In this document: piece by piece, positions 38,455 to 47,453 of the stretch
Layout: the number at the start of each line of letters is the position of its first letter
Position numbering within the stretch: the stretch's first letter is position 1
From: Candidatus Sysuiplasma acidicola
GTDB lineage: Archaea; Thermoplasmatota; Thermoplasmata; Sysuiplasmatales; Sysuiplasmataceae
Length of the DNA stretch: 64,000 nucleotides
Reading direction: 5' to 3'
NCBI GenBank assembly: GCA_019721035.1
Contig: JAHEAA010000001.1
Span: 39,991-103,990 of the forward strand
Notes under the pieces: generated by a model
Databases searched by the model: none
What the model was told of the DNA's origin: nothing
Seen by the model: only the letters and a program-made list of their open reading frames with translations
Made by a program: the position numbers and the translations under genes

Positions 38455-40386
38455 ATGTCTGAGGCCGAAACTATTGTTATTGAAAACGTGGATCCGGAGA
38501 TTGATTGCGGCAGTCATCCGGCGAAGCGCAAGGTGGGCGACACTGTCGTCGTCAGTGCGGATATATTTTCCCACGGAACAGACTTGCTTGCTGCCGATGT
38601 GCTCTACAGGAGAAAGGGACAGAATTCCTGGAAGAGGGCATCGATGGTGCATCTCGGCAATGACAGGTGGAGCGGACATTTCACGTTGGATGCCTGCGGC
38701 CTGTTCCAGTTCACCATTGAAGCATGGCGTGATCACTATTCAACATGGCTGGACAGGCTGAATAGATGGCACGCGGCACATGATGACATATCCCAAGACA
38801 TCAGGATAGGTGCCAGGATGCTGCGCGCCATGTCCGTGAATGCGGGGAGCAGCGGCCAATCACTGTCAGAGGCAGCCGACAGGCTGGAAAAACTGACAGG
38901 CGACGATGCCGTTGTCTTTGCAGGAAGCAAATCCGTCCTCCTGCTTGCCGCGTCCTTCCAGAAGAGGAGCACCACGCGTCTCGAGCAGGAACTGGAGATA
39001 TATGTGGACAGAACAATAGCCGGCTTTGCCAGCTGGTATGAGCTCTTCCCGAGATCGCAGGGAACGGTGCCCGGCAGGTCAGGCACGTTTGCGGATTGTG
39101 AAAGACGGCTTCCGGACATTGCCGCGATGGGCTTCGATGTCATCTACCTTCCTCCCATTCACCCTATCGGAAGAACGGGCAGGCGCGGAAAGGACGGCGG
39201 ACCTTCCCCTGGACCGGACGAACCGGGAAGTCCGTGGGCGATCGGAAACGAGCAGGGCGGGCACAAGTCGATACACAGCGAACTCGGAACCATTGAGGAC
39301 TTCAGGCATCTGATCATAAAGGCGAAATCCATGAACATTGAAATTGCGCTGGATATTGCCTTTCAATGCTCTCCCGATCATCCTTACGTGAAAGAGCATC
39401 CGGAGTGGTTTTATCACAGGCCCGACGGCTCGATAAGGTATGCGGAAAACCCGCCAAAGAAATATTACGACATTTATCCACTGGATTTTGAGAATGAAAA
39501 CAGGAAGGCGCTGTGGGAAGAACTCAGGAGCATCTTCGAATTCTGGATTGATGCAGGAATAAAAACCTTCAGGGTTGACAACCCTCACACCAAACCGTTC
39601 TCATTCTGGAAGTGGGTCATAGCGGAGTTGAGGAAGAAACACCAGGACGTGATATTCCTCTCTGAAGCATTCACTAAACCGAACGTGATGTATGAACTTT
39701 CGAAGATTGGTTTTTCGCAGTCTTACACATACTTCACATGGAAAAATTTCAATTTCGAACTGGAGCAGTATTTCAGCGAGATTTCAGCGCCCGGAATTTC
39801 AAATTTCTTCCGGCCGATGCTTTTCACAAACACGCCGGACATCCTTCCCTTCGTCCTCCAGACCGGGGGAAGGAATGCCTTCATCATCAGGGCCCTTCTT
39901 GCCGCAACGCTATCCCCGCTGTGGGGAATTTACAGCGGCTACGAGCTCTGTGAAAACGATGCGCTGCCGGGAAAAGAGGAATACAGGAATTCCGAAAAAT
40001 ATGAGATCAGGACGAGGGACTGGAACAGCCCCGGCAACATAAAGGCGTATATTGCGAAGTTGAATGAAATAAGGCGAGAGAACGCAGCGCTCCAGGAGTT
40101 CGGCAACATCCGTTTCCATCCCGCCGGCAATCCGAATCTCGTCTGTTACACAAGAACATCGGTCCGTGGCGATAATGTGCTTATGGTCGTTGCGAATGTG
40201 AATCCCTTTGAGGCGCAGGAAACACTCCTGCGTGTGCCTCTTTCTGAGCTTGGTGTAGCCTCGCCCGAAAACTACAGGGTGGAAGATTTGCTTTCGGGTG
40301 ATGTTTATACATGGCATGGCGAAAACAATCTCGTCAGGCTGGTGCCCGGAGAGGCATCGGCACACGTGTTTAAGGTCGTGCAATAA
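38455..40386 (+). CDS. glgE: Alpha-1,4-glucan:maltose-1-phosphate maltosyltransferase (GH13_3)
   Basis: WYELFPRS, YLPPIHPIG, GSPWAIG, CSPDHP, YAENPPKKY, FRVDNPHTKP, EAFT, NTPDIL, SEKYEI. Confidence 0.96.
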   Translation: MSEAETIVIENVDPEIDCGSHPAKRKVGDTVVVSADIFSHGTDLLAADVLYRRKGQNSWKRASMVHLGNDRWSGHFTLDACGLFQFTIEAWRDHYSTWLDRLNRWHAAHDDISQDIRIGARMLRAMSVNAGSSGQSLSEAADRLEKLTGDDAVVFAGSKSVLLLAASFQKRSTTRLEQELEIYVDRTIAGFASWYELFPRSQGTVPGRSGTFADCERRLPDIAAMGFDVIYLPPIHPIGRTGRRGKDGGPSPGPDEPGSPWAIGNEQGGHKSIHSELGTIEDFRHLIIKAKSMNIEIALDIAFQCSPDHPYVKEHPEWFYHRPDGSIRYAENPPKKYYDIYPLDFENENRKALWEELRSIFEFWIDAGIKTFRVDNPHTKPFSFWKWVIAELRKKHQDVIFLSEAFTKPNVMYELSKIGFSQSYTYFTWKNFNFELEQYFSEISAPGISNFFRPMLFTNTPDILPFVLQTGGRNAFIIRALLAATLSPLWGIYSGYELCENDALPGKEEYRNSEKYEIRTRDWNSPGNIKAYIAKLNEIRRENAALQEFGNIRFHPAGNPNLVCYTRTSVRGDNVLMVVANVNPFEAQETLLRVPLSELGVASPENYRVEDLLSGDVYTWHGENNLVRLVPGEASAHVFKVVQ

Positions 40387-40388
40387 CT

Positions 40389-42041
40389 ATGACGGACAAT
40401 CTGTGGTTCAGGGACGCAATATTCTATGAGCTGCCTGTAAAGTCGTTCTACGATTCCGACGGCGACGGCATCGGAGATATAAACGGCGTGCGGATGAAAC
40501 TGGATTATCTGCGCGACCTCGGCGTCGACTGCATCTGGCTCCTTCCGTTCTACAAATCGCCGATGAAGGATGACGGCTACGACATATCCGACTTCTATTC
40601 GGTGCAGCCTGAATACGGCACGACGGATGATTTCAGGAATCTGGTCAGCGAGGCGCACTCCAAAGGTATACGCGTCATAGCTGATCTCGTTCTGAATCAT
40701 TGCTCCGATCAATGTTCGTGGTTCAGGGAGGCAGTCTCAAGCAGGGATTCACCGAAAAGGAACTGGTTCGTCTGGAGCGAAACAGGCACAGAGTACAGCA
40801 AGGCGCGCATCATATTCGTCGATACGGAAATTTCGAACTGGGCGTGGGAGCCGAGATCGAAGCAGTACTACTGGCACAGATTCTACAGCAACCAGCCCGA
40901 TCTGAATTACGACAATCCCGAGGTCCGGGAGGAGATGAAGAACGTCATGCGTTACTGGCTTCGATTCGGGCTTGACGGCTTCAGGTGTGACGCCGTGCCA
41001 TATCTCTTTGAACGCGAGGGAACAAGCTGCGAAAACCTCCCCGAAACGCACGCATACTTCAAAGAAGTCAGGAAGATGCTTGACAGCGAATTTCCTGGAT
41101 GCATTCTGCTAGCCGAGGCAAACCAGTGGATCACCGAAACAAAGACGTATTTCGGAGATCAGGATGAGTTTCACATGGCATTCAATTTCCCCCTCATGCC
41201 GAGGATGTTCATATCGCTTGCAAAGGAGGACTCTTTCCCTATAATCAACATAATCAAACAGATTTTGCCCATACCCGATAAGTGCGACTGGGGAATATTT
41301 CTCAGGAATCACGATGAACTTACGCTTGAAATGGTTACCGACGAGGAGCGTGACATAATGTACAGCGAATATGCGAAACATCCGAAGATGCGCCTGAACC
41401 TTGGCATCAGGAGAAGACTTGCGCCACTTCTTGACAACGACAGGCAAGCCATAGAGCTCATGCACGCCCTCATTCTGTCGCTGCCCGGATCGCCAGTACT
41501 TTATTACGGCGATGAAATAGGCATGGGAGACAACATATATCTCGGCGACAGGAACGGCGTCAGGACGCCGATGCAGTGGTCCTATGACAGGAATGCGGGT
41601 TTTTCCAGATGCGATGCAGAGCAGCTGTACACGCCTCCGGTCATTAGTCCCAATTACCATTACGAGAGCGTGAATGTCGAATCGGAAAACAGGCTGCCCA
41701 CATCCCTTCTGCAGTGGATGAGACGTATGCTGAAGATCAGGCGCCGGTACAGCCAGGTGCTCGGAAGAGGCGATATACGTTTTCTGGAGCACAGGAACAG
41801 GAAGGTCCTCTCATACGTGCGCACGTACGGAGAACAGAACATGATGTGCATTTTCAATCTATCCAGAAAGCCCACATACCTCGAGTTGAAGCTCCCTGAA
41901 TTCGCGGGACTCAGACCAGTCGAAACGATAACGGACGCGCCCTTTCCCAGGATCGGCGAGCTCCCATATTTCTTTACGCTTCAGCCGCATTCGTTCTTCT
42001 GGTTCAGTCTGACCAAGCCGGCGGAGAATGAAGAGGAATAG
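40389..42041 (+). CDS. treS: Trehalose synthase (maltose alpha-D-glucosyltransferase, GH13_16)
   Basis: WFRDAIFYE, DDGYDISD, ARIIFVDTE, QPDLN, DAVPYL, AEANQW, FLRNHDELTLE. Confidence 0.96.
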   Translation: MTDNLWFRDAIFYELPVKSFYDSDGDGIGDINGVRMKLDYLRDLGVDCIWLLPFYKSPMKDDGYDISDFYSVQPEYGTTDDFRNLVSEAHSKGIRVIADLVLNHCSDQCSWFREAVSSRDSPKRNWFVWSETGTEYSKARIIFVDTEISNWAWEPRSKQYYWHRFYSNQPDLNYDNPEVREEMKNVMRYWLRFGLDGFRCDAVPYLFEREGTSCENLPETHAYFKEVRKMLDSEFPGCILLAEANQWITETKTYFGDQDEFHMAFNFPLMPRMFISLAKEDSFPIINIIKQILPIPDKCDWGIFLRNHDELTLEMVTDEERDIMYSEYAKHPKMRLNLGIRRRLAPLLDNDRQAIELMHALILSLPGSPVLYYGDEIGMGDNIYLGDRNGVRTPMQWSYDRNAGFSRCDAEQLYTPPVISPNYHYESVNVESENRLPTSLLQWMRRMLKIRRRYSQVLGRGDIRFLEHRNRKVLSYVRTYGEQNMMCIFNLSRKPTYLELKLPEFAGLRPVETITDAPFPRIGELPYFFTLQPHSFFWFSLTKPAENEEE

Positions 42042-42044
42042 TCG

Positions 42045-43526
42045 ATGCGCCTGAACGCAAAACAGTTTGAAGACACCGCCCTTGAACAGCTTTCGCAGAT
42101 CATTCGCAGGCAGCGGTGGTTCAGGAGCAAGTCGAAGTCGGTGGATGCCGCAGACCTCGAGGATTTTTCATTCTTTGAGGCCGGGGGCAACTCGTTTGTG
42201 CTGCCCCTCATCCGTTTTGCCTACAGCGACGGAAGCAGCGAAACATACTTTGTCCCCCTCCTGTGCTCCGAACATGAGCATGGTGCGGGTGCGGGCTTCA
42301 GCTTTCATGTTCACGCAGGCGGCAGCGAGGTGCACTTCAGCGATGCGCTCCATGACAGCACATTTGTCCGGTCGCTGCTCTTCCTGATGGAAAGAGGGGC
42401 GACGATAGTATTCGCAAAGGGACGCCTCACAGGGCGCTCCATGATGTATACGGCAAGTATGCAGATAACGGCTGAAGTGCAAACGAAAGTTGTCTCCTCG
42501 GAGCAGAGCAACACTTCAGTAATGATAGGCAACCACTCAATATACAAGAGCTACAGGAGGATCGACAGGGGTATCAATCCCGATTACGAGATGCCGGAGT
42601 TTCTGTACGCGCACACCACTTTCAGGGCGTTGCCCAGGCCTCTCGGGAGGCTGGAATACCTGAACGGGGGAGAACATGCTGTCGGTGTGCTCAGCGAATA
42701 TGTGGAAAATGAGGGCGACTGCTGGACATATTTCCTAAGCAGACTGACAGAAGCCCTCAAACGGGGCGACGGCGTGAAAACCTGCTTTGAGCACGTGGCC
42801 GCCCTGGCAGGCATCACATCGTCAATGCACAACGCTCTGTCGGGCGCCGCACTGCCTGCTTTCACCCCCTCTCCTGTAAATGCCGAGGACATAAACGGGT
42901 GGATGAGCAATTATGAATCGCTGCTTCACTCAACATGCGCGACGCTGCGCAGATCGTCGGGCGGTCTGACGGATGAGGACAGAAAGCTTGCATTATCAAT
43001 TCTGGACGCGGAATACAAGCTGTCGCGGGCGGGTTCCGCGCTCCGTGTGCTCTCTGACGAGCGCGTATGTGCGACGAGGATACACGGCGATTACCACCTC
43101 GGTCAGATTCTGAAGGCAGGAACATCTTTCTTTGTCATAGACTTCGAAGGCGAGCCGATGAGACCACCGGAGGAGCGGAGGCGCATGAATTCTCCTCTGA
43201 AGGATGTCGGAGGCATGCTGCGCTCACTTGACTACGTAATCGGCGCGGCGGCTCGTTCAGCGGGCATCCCGGCCGGGGATGAAACGGTGGAGTCCTGGCG
43301 AAACGGAGCTGCCGAACTCTTCACAGTAAAATACATGGAAGGTTATTCGCCGTCGATGCCGTATCTTCCGTCGCGCTTTGCAGACATGGCAGACGTGCTG
43401 CATTTCTTCCTCGTGGAGAAGGCTGTTTATGAGCTTGATTACGAACTGAACAACAGGCCGGACTGGGTTCATATCCCGCTGGATGCACTCGTGCGTCTTT
43501 CGGCCGCATCCGGGGGCCCCTATTGA
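42045..43526 (+). CDS. mak: Maltokinase (Mak/Pep2)
   Basis: RQRWF N-cap, EQSNTS, GINPD.E, RIHGDYHLGQ, IDFEGEP, PLKDVGGMLRS, EKAVYE..YELNNRPDW. Confidence 0.93.
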   Translation: MRLNAKQFEDTALEQLSQIIRRQRWFRSKSKSVDAADLEDFSFFEAGGNSFVLPLIRFAYSDGSSETYFVPLLCSEHEHGAGAGFSFHVHAGGSEVHFSDALHDSTFVRSLLFLMERGATIVFAKGRLTGRSMMYTASMQITAEVQTKVVSSEQSNTSVMIGNHSIYKSYRRIDRGINPDYEMPEFLYAHTTFRALPRPLGRLEYLNGGEHAVGVLSEYVENEGDCWTYFLSRLTEALKRGDGVKTCFEHVAALAGITSSMHNALSGAALPAFTPSPVNAEDINGWMSNYESLLHSTCATLRRSSGGLTDEDRKLALSILDAEYKLSRAGSALRVLSDERVCATRIHGDYHLGQILKAGTSFFVIDFEGEPMRPPEERRRMNSPLKDVGGMLRSLDYVIGAAARSAGIPAGDETVESWRNGAAELFTVKYMEGYSPSMPYLPSRFADMADVLHFFLVEKAVYELDYELNNRPDWVHIPLDALVRLSAASGGPY

Positions 43527-43560
43527 GGCTCCGCAAACATCAAGGCAGGTGTATCTGTAA

Positions 43561-45681
43561 TTGAAAACAAAGCTTGGAAGACCGTATCCTCAGGGCGTTA
43601 CGCTTGAAAACGGCGGCGCCAATTTTGCACTGTACTCTGAGAATGCGACAGGCGTTACGCTCGAGTTGTACAACAGGCACGACAGCGGCACGCCGACCGA
43701 GCAGATAGAACTCCGTGAGAGGGACGGTTTCGTATGGCACATTCATGTTTCCGGCATCAAGCCAGGCGACCTTTACGGCTTCAGGGTGGACGGCCCCTAC
43801 AATCCTGGTACCGGGCAGAGGTTCAACAGAAATAAACTTCTCATTGATCCGTATGCCCGTGCAATAAGCGGCGTCATAGACTGGAATAATGATATTTTCG
43901 GCTATGACATCGGAGACGTCAACGGGGACCTCTCATTCAACAAAAACGACGACGCAGCCTCCGTGCCCAAATCGGTTGTTTCGGACAACGGATTTGACTG
44001 GAAGGGCACAAAGAATCCCCGGCTTCCGTGGAACAGAACGGTAATCTACGAAACGCATGTGAAAGGCATTACGGCGCTGCGGGAAGATGTAGATGTGCGA
44101 TTGAGGGGCACATACAGAGCTCTTGCTTCGCCCCAGATGATTGACTATTTCAAGGATCTGGGCATCTCGGCGGTGGAACTGATGCCTGTCCATCACAGAG
44201 TCGATTCCAAACACCTCGTGGACAGGGGTCTCTCCAACTACTGGGGATACAATACAATAGGTTTTCTTGCTCCCGACATAAGGTATTCGAGCGAGGACAC
44301 TTCAGGGCACCAGATCGTTGAATTCAAGGAAATGGTAAGGGCTCTTCACGCAAACAACATTGAAGTCATTCTTGATGTTGTTTACAACCATACTGCGGAG
44401 GGAAACCATCTGGGCCCGACGCTCTCTTTCAGGGGAATAGATAATTCTGTCTATTACAGGCTGAATCCCGAGAATCCGAGATACTACGTCGACTTCACCG
44501 GAACAGGGAACAGCCTGAATGTCCGCCATCCTCAAACGTTGCAGCTGATTATGGACAGCCTTCGCTACTGGATACTCGAGATGCACGTCGACGGATTCAG
44601 GTTTGATCTTGCATCGACACTGGCCCGTGAACTGTATGCCGTCGAACGGCTCTCCTCCTTCTTCGATGTGATACATCAGGATCCCGTGATTTCCCGTGTC
44701 AAGCTCATTGCCGAGCCGTGGGACGTAGGTCCCGGCGGATATCAGGTCGGCCGTTTCCCGATACTCTGGGCTGAATGGAACGGAAAATACAGGGATGCTG
44801 TGAGACATTACTGGAAAAACGACATCCATAACCTGGGGGAGTTTGCCACGCGCATCGCCGGCTCACAGGATCTGTACGGCAACGACGGAAGGAGACCGAA
44901 CGCAAGCATCAATTATGTCACATCGCACGACGGCTTCACGCTTCTGGACCTCGTCAGCTACAGCCGGAAACACAACGAGGCAAATATGGAAGACGGCAAG
45001 GACGGCACTGACGACAACATAAGCGAAAATTTCGGTGTCGAGGGTCCGACGGACGACGCATGCATCAACGACATGCGCTCCAGGCGGATCAGGAGTTTTC
45101 TCATCACACTGCTGACATCCCAGGGTATTCCTATGCTGCTCGGAGGCGATGAAATTGGCCGGACTCAGCTGGGAAACAACAACGCCTACTGCCAGGACAA
45201 CAGTGTCAGCTGGTACAACTGGGACATTGACGAGAGACGGAGAAGGCTGCTGGATTTTACGCGTCTTATGATACACATAAGGCTGAATTACCATGTGCTT
45301 CGCAGGAGGAAATTCTTCATGGGCGCCCCGCTGCCAGGAACGCAGGTGAAGGACATAATCTGGATGAAGCCGGACGGCGGCGAAATCGGGCAGGAAGAGT
45401 GGAATTCCGGCACAATGGCGATAGCAGCACTGCTGTACGGGAAGGGGATAGAGGACATCGGGTACGAGGGGGATGAGGTCCTGGAAGACGATCTGATGCT
45501 TCTATTCAATCCGGAAAAGACGCCTGTGGAATTCACCATACCTGAGGACTGGTCGTCCCAGGAGGTACTGATAGACTCGGAGGAGGGCAATCAGAATCGG
45601 TATCCGATACCGATGGACTGGAAGAAAGTCACCGTTGCCGCAGGGGGAGCTGCAATACTCAGGGGAAGGAGAAATCAGTGA
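43561..45681 (+). CDS. glgX: Glycogen debranching enzyme / isoamylase (GH13_11)
   Basis: LLIDPYA, IYETHVKG, NYWGYNT, DVVYNHTAEG, GFRFDLA, IAEPWD, SHDGFTL, NNNAYCQD. Confidence 0.96.
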   Translation: MKTKLGRPYPQGVTLENGGANFALYSENATGVTLELYNRHDSGTPTEQIELRERDGFVWHIHVSGIKPGDLYGFRVDGPYNPGTGQRFNRNKLLIDPYARAISGVIDWNNDIFGYDIGDVNGDLSFNKNDDAASVPKSVVSDNGFDWKGTKNPRLPWNRTVIYETHVKGITALREDVDVRLRGTYRALASPQMIDYFKDLGISAVELMPVHHRVDSKHLVDRGLSNYWGYNTIGFLAPDIRYSSEDTSGHQIVEFKEMVRALHANNIEVILDVVYNHTAEGNHLGPTLSFRGIDNSVYYRLNPENPRYYVDFTGTGNSLNVRHPQTLQLIMDSLRYWILEMHVDGFRFDLASTLARELYAVERLSSFFDVIHQDPVISRVKLIAEPWDVGPGGYQVGRFPILWAEWNGKYRDAVRHYWKNDIHNLGEFATRIAGSQDLYGNDGRRPNASINYVTSHDGFTLLDLVSYSRKHNEANMEDGKDGTDDNISENFGVEGPTDDACINDMRSRRIRSFLITLLTSQGIPMLLGGDEIGRTQLGNNNAYCQDNSVSWYNWDIDERRRRLLDFTRLMIHIRLNYHVLRRRKFFMGAPLPGTQVKDIIWMKPDGGEIGQEEWNSGTMAIAALLYGKGIEDIGYEGDEVLEDDLMLLFNPEKTPVEFTIPEDWSSQEVLIDSEEGNQNRYPIPMDWKKVTVAAGGAAILRGRRNQ

Positions 45682-47438
45682 ACGGCAACAGTGAATGAAA
45701 ATGGTCTGAGTTCTGAGTCGGTTCTGCCGCAGCTCCCACCGTATTCTTTCCATTCAGAATTCAGCTCAATATTCCAGTGCGCTTCATGTTCAAGACGTGC
45801 GTTTGTCCCTGAAAGATTGAATCGCGCTCTCATCTTTCCGCCATATTCAAGAAGCATGATACCGTCGTGCTTGCTGCATTTGAAGTCATTTCTGAGCGTC
45901 GGTATATATCTCTTCCTGAGTGCCAGGAGATCGCGGTAAAGCCGAAGCATCCGGCCGGATTCCTCATCTGCCGTGTTCCATCTGAGTTTCGTCCGCTCGA
46001 ATGTTTCGAGGCTGTTCGGCTCGGGTGTGTCCTGCCAGTGGAACAGTTCAAACTCCTTCTTCCTTCCTTCGTAGACGGTGTTTGCGAAGTTCCTGTCATC
46101 CGTATCTATGAAAAAGAGAAACGGTGCCTTTTCGGCGTATTCCTCCCCCATGAAGAGCATCGGTGTGAATGGAGAGAGCAGAACCGCGCCGGCCGCAAAC
46201 CGCATCTTTTCCGGCGGTACGAGCACACTCAGCCTGTCGCCCTGGGCCCTGTTGCCTATCTGATCATGATTCTGAGAAAAAACGATGAGTTTCTCCCGCG
46301 GCATGCCGGCAAAGGGTGCGCCTCTCCTCCTCGCAAGATGTTTCGAGTATGCACCATCGTAAACAAAACCGTCTTTCATCGCCTTCAGTATGTAATCGGC
46401 ACTGCCGTAATCCTCGTAATAACCGCCGAGTTCGCCGGTGAGCACTGTATGGATGGAATGGTGGAAGTCATCATTCCACTGTGCGGAAATCCCGTAACCG
46501 CAGCTGTCACGTCCCCTGACAACTTTCGGATCATTGAGATCGCTCTCTGCAATCAGGTGCAGCCTCCTGCCTGTCTTCGACGATAATGCATCGACCCTTT
46601 CAGCCATCTCCCTGAGCAGATGCTTTGGCGAACTGTCCAGTATTCCATGTATCGCGTCGAGCCTGAGCGCGTCAAACCTGTACTGCTCCAACCAGTATAT
46701 TGCATTTGAAAGCACAAACTCTCTCACAGGATCGCAATAGGGCCCATCATAATTCAGCCCTGTTCCCCATGGTGTTCTGTATCTGTCGCTGAAAAACGGT
46801 CCGTATTTCGATAGGCAGTTTCCGACTGGTCCGATGTGGTTGTAGACGACGTCCAGAACGACAGCCATTTTTCTAGAATGTGCCGCATCCACGAGATGCC
46901 TCAGTTCGTACGGGCTACCGTAACTGTTTTGCGGCGCGTAGATGTACACTCCGTCATAGCCCCAGTTCCTGCTGCCGTAGAACTGTGCCACGGGCATGAG
47001 TTCAAGCGCTGTGATGCCGAGGTCTGCAAGATAGTCGAGTTTCTCCTCCACCGCAGAGAATGTGCCATTCCGTGTGAATGTGCCCACGTGTATTTCCATA
47101 ATCACGTAATCGCTCAACTCAATGCCCTTCCATCCGTCATCGCTTCCCATCCATCCGGCGGTGTCAACAATTTTCGATAGTCCGTGCACACCGTCTGGCT
47201 GGCATCTGGAGGCGGGATCCGGAAATACACCCTCCCCGTCGATTTCATAACCATATCTCATCGTGTCTTTCAGTGCCGCTGAACATTTCCAGAAGCCTCT
47301 TTCCTCTCTTTCCATAGGCACCTTTCGGCCGTCACCAAGTCTGAGCACAACTTCCTTCTTTCCCGGTGCCCATATCCTGAAGCAGGCATTACCGCCGTCA
47401 ACCAGTTCTGCACCGAATGTCATATCTTCAGAATCCAT
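45675..47438 (-). CDS. treZ: Malto-oligosyltrehalose trehalohydrolase
   Basis: PDPASRCQPDGVHG, NWGYDG, DVVYNH, LRLDAIH, IAESDLN, WNDDFHH, QNHDQIGNR, FMGEEY. Confidence 0.95.
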   Translation of the reverse strand: MDSEDMTFGAELVDGGNACFRIWAPGKKEVVLRLGDGRKVPMEREERGFWKCSAALKDTMRYGYEIDGEGVFPDPASRCQPDGVHGLSKIVDTAGWMGSDDGWKGIELSDYVIMEIHVGTFTRNGTFSAVEEKLDYLADLGITALELMPVAQFYGSRNWGYDGVYIYAPQNSYGSPYELRHLVDAAHSRKMAVVLDVVYNHIGPVGNCLSKYGPFFSDRYRTPWGTGLNYDGPYCDPVREFVLSNAIYWLEQYRFDALRLDAIHGILDSSPKHLLREMAERVDALSSKTGRRLHLIAESDLNDPKVVRGRDSCGYGISAQWNDDFHHSIHTVLTGELGGYYEDYGSADYILKAMKDGFVYDGAYSKHLARRRGAPFAGMPREKLIVFSQNHDQIGNRAQGDRLSVLVPPEKMRFAAGAVLLSPFTPMLFMGEEYAEKAPFLFFIDTDDRNFANTVYEGRKKEFELFHWQDTPEPNSLETFERTKLRWNTADEESGRMLRLYRDLLALRKRYIPTLRNDFKCSKHDGIMLLEYGGKMRARFNLSGTNARLEHEAHWNIELNSEWKEYGGSCGRTDSELRPFSFTVAVH

Positions 47439-47453
47439 ATGTAATCACCATCT

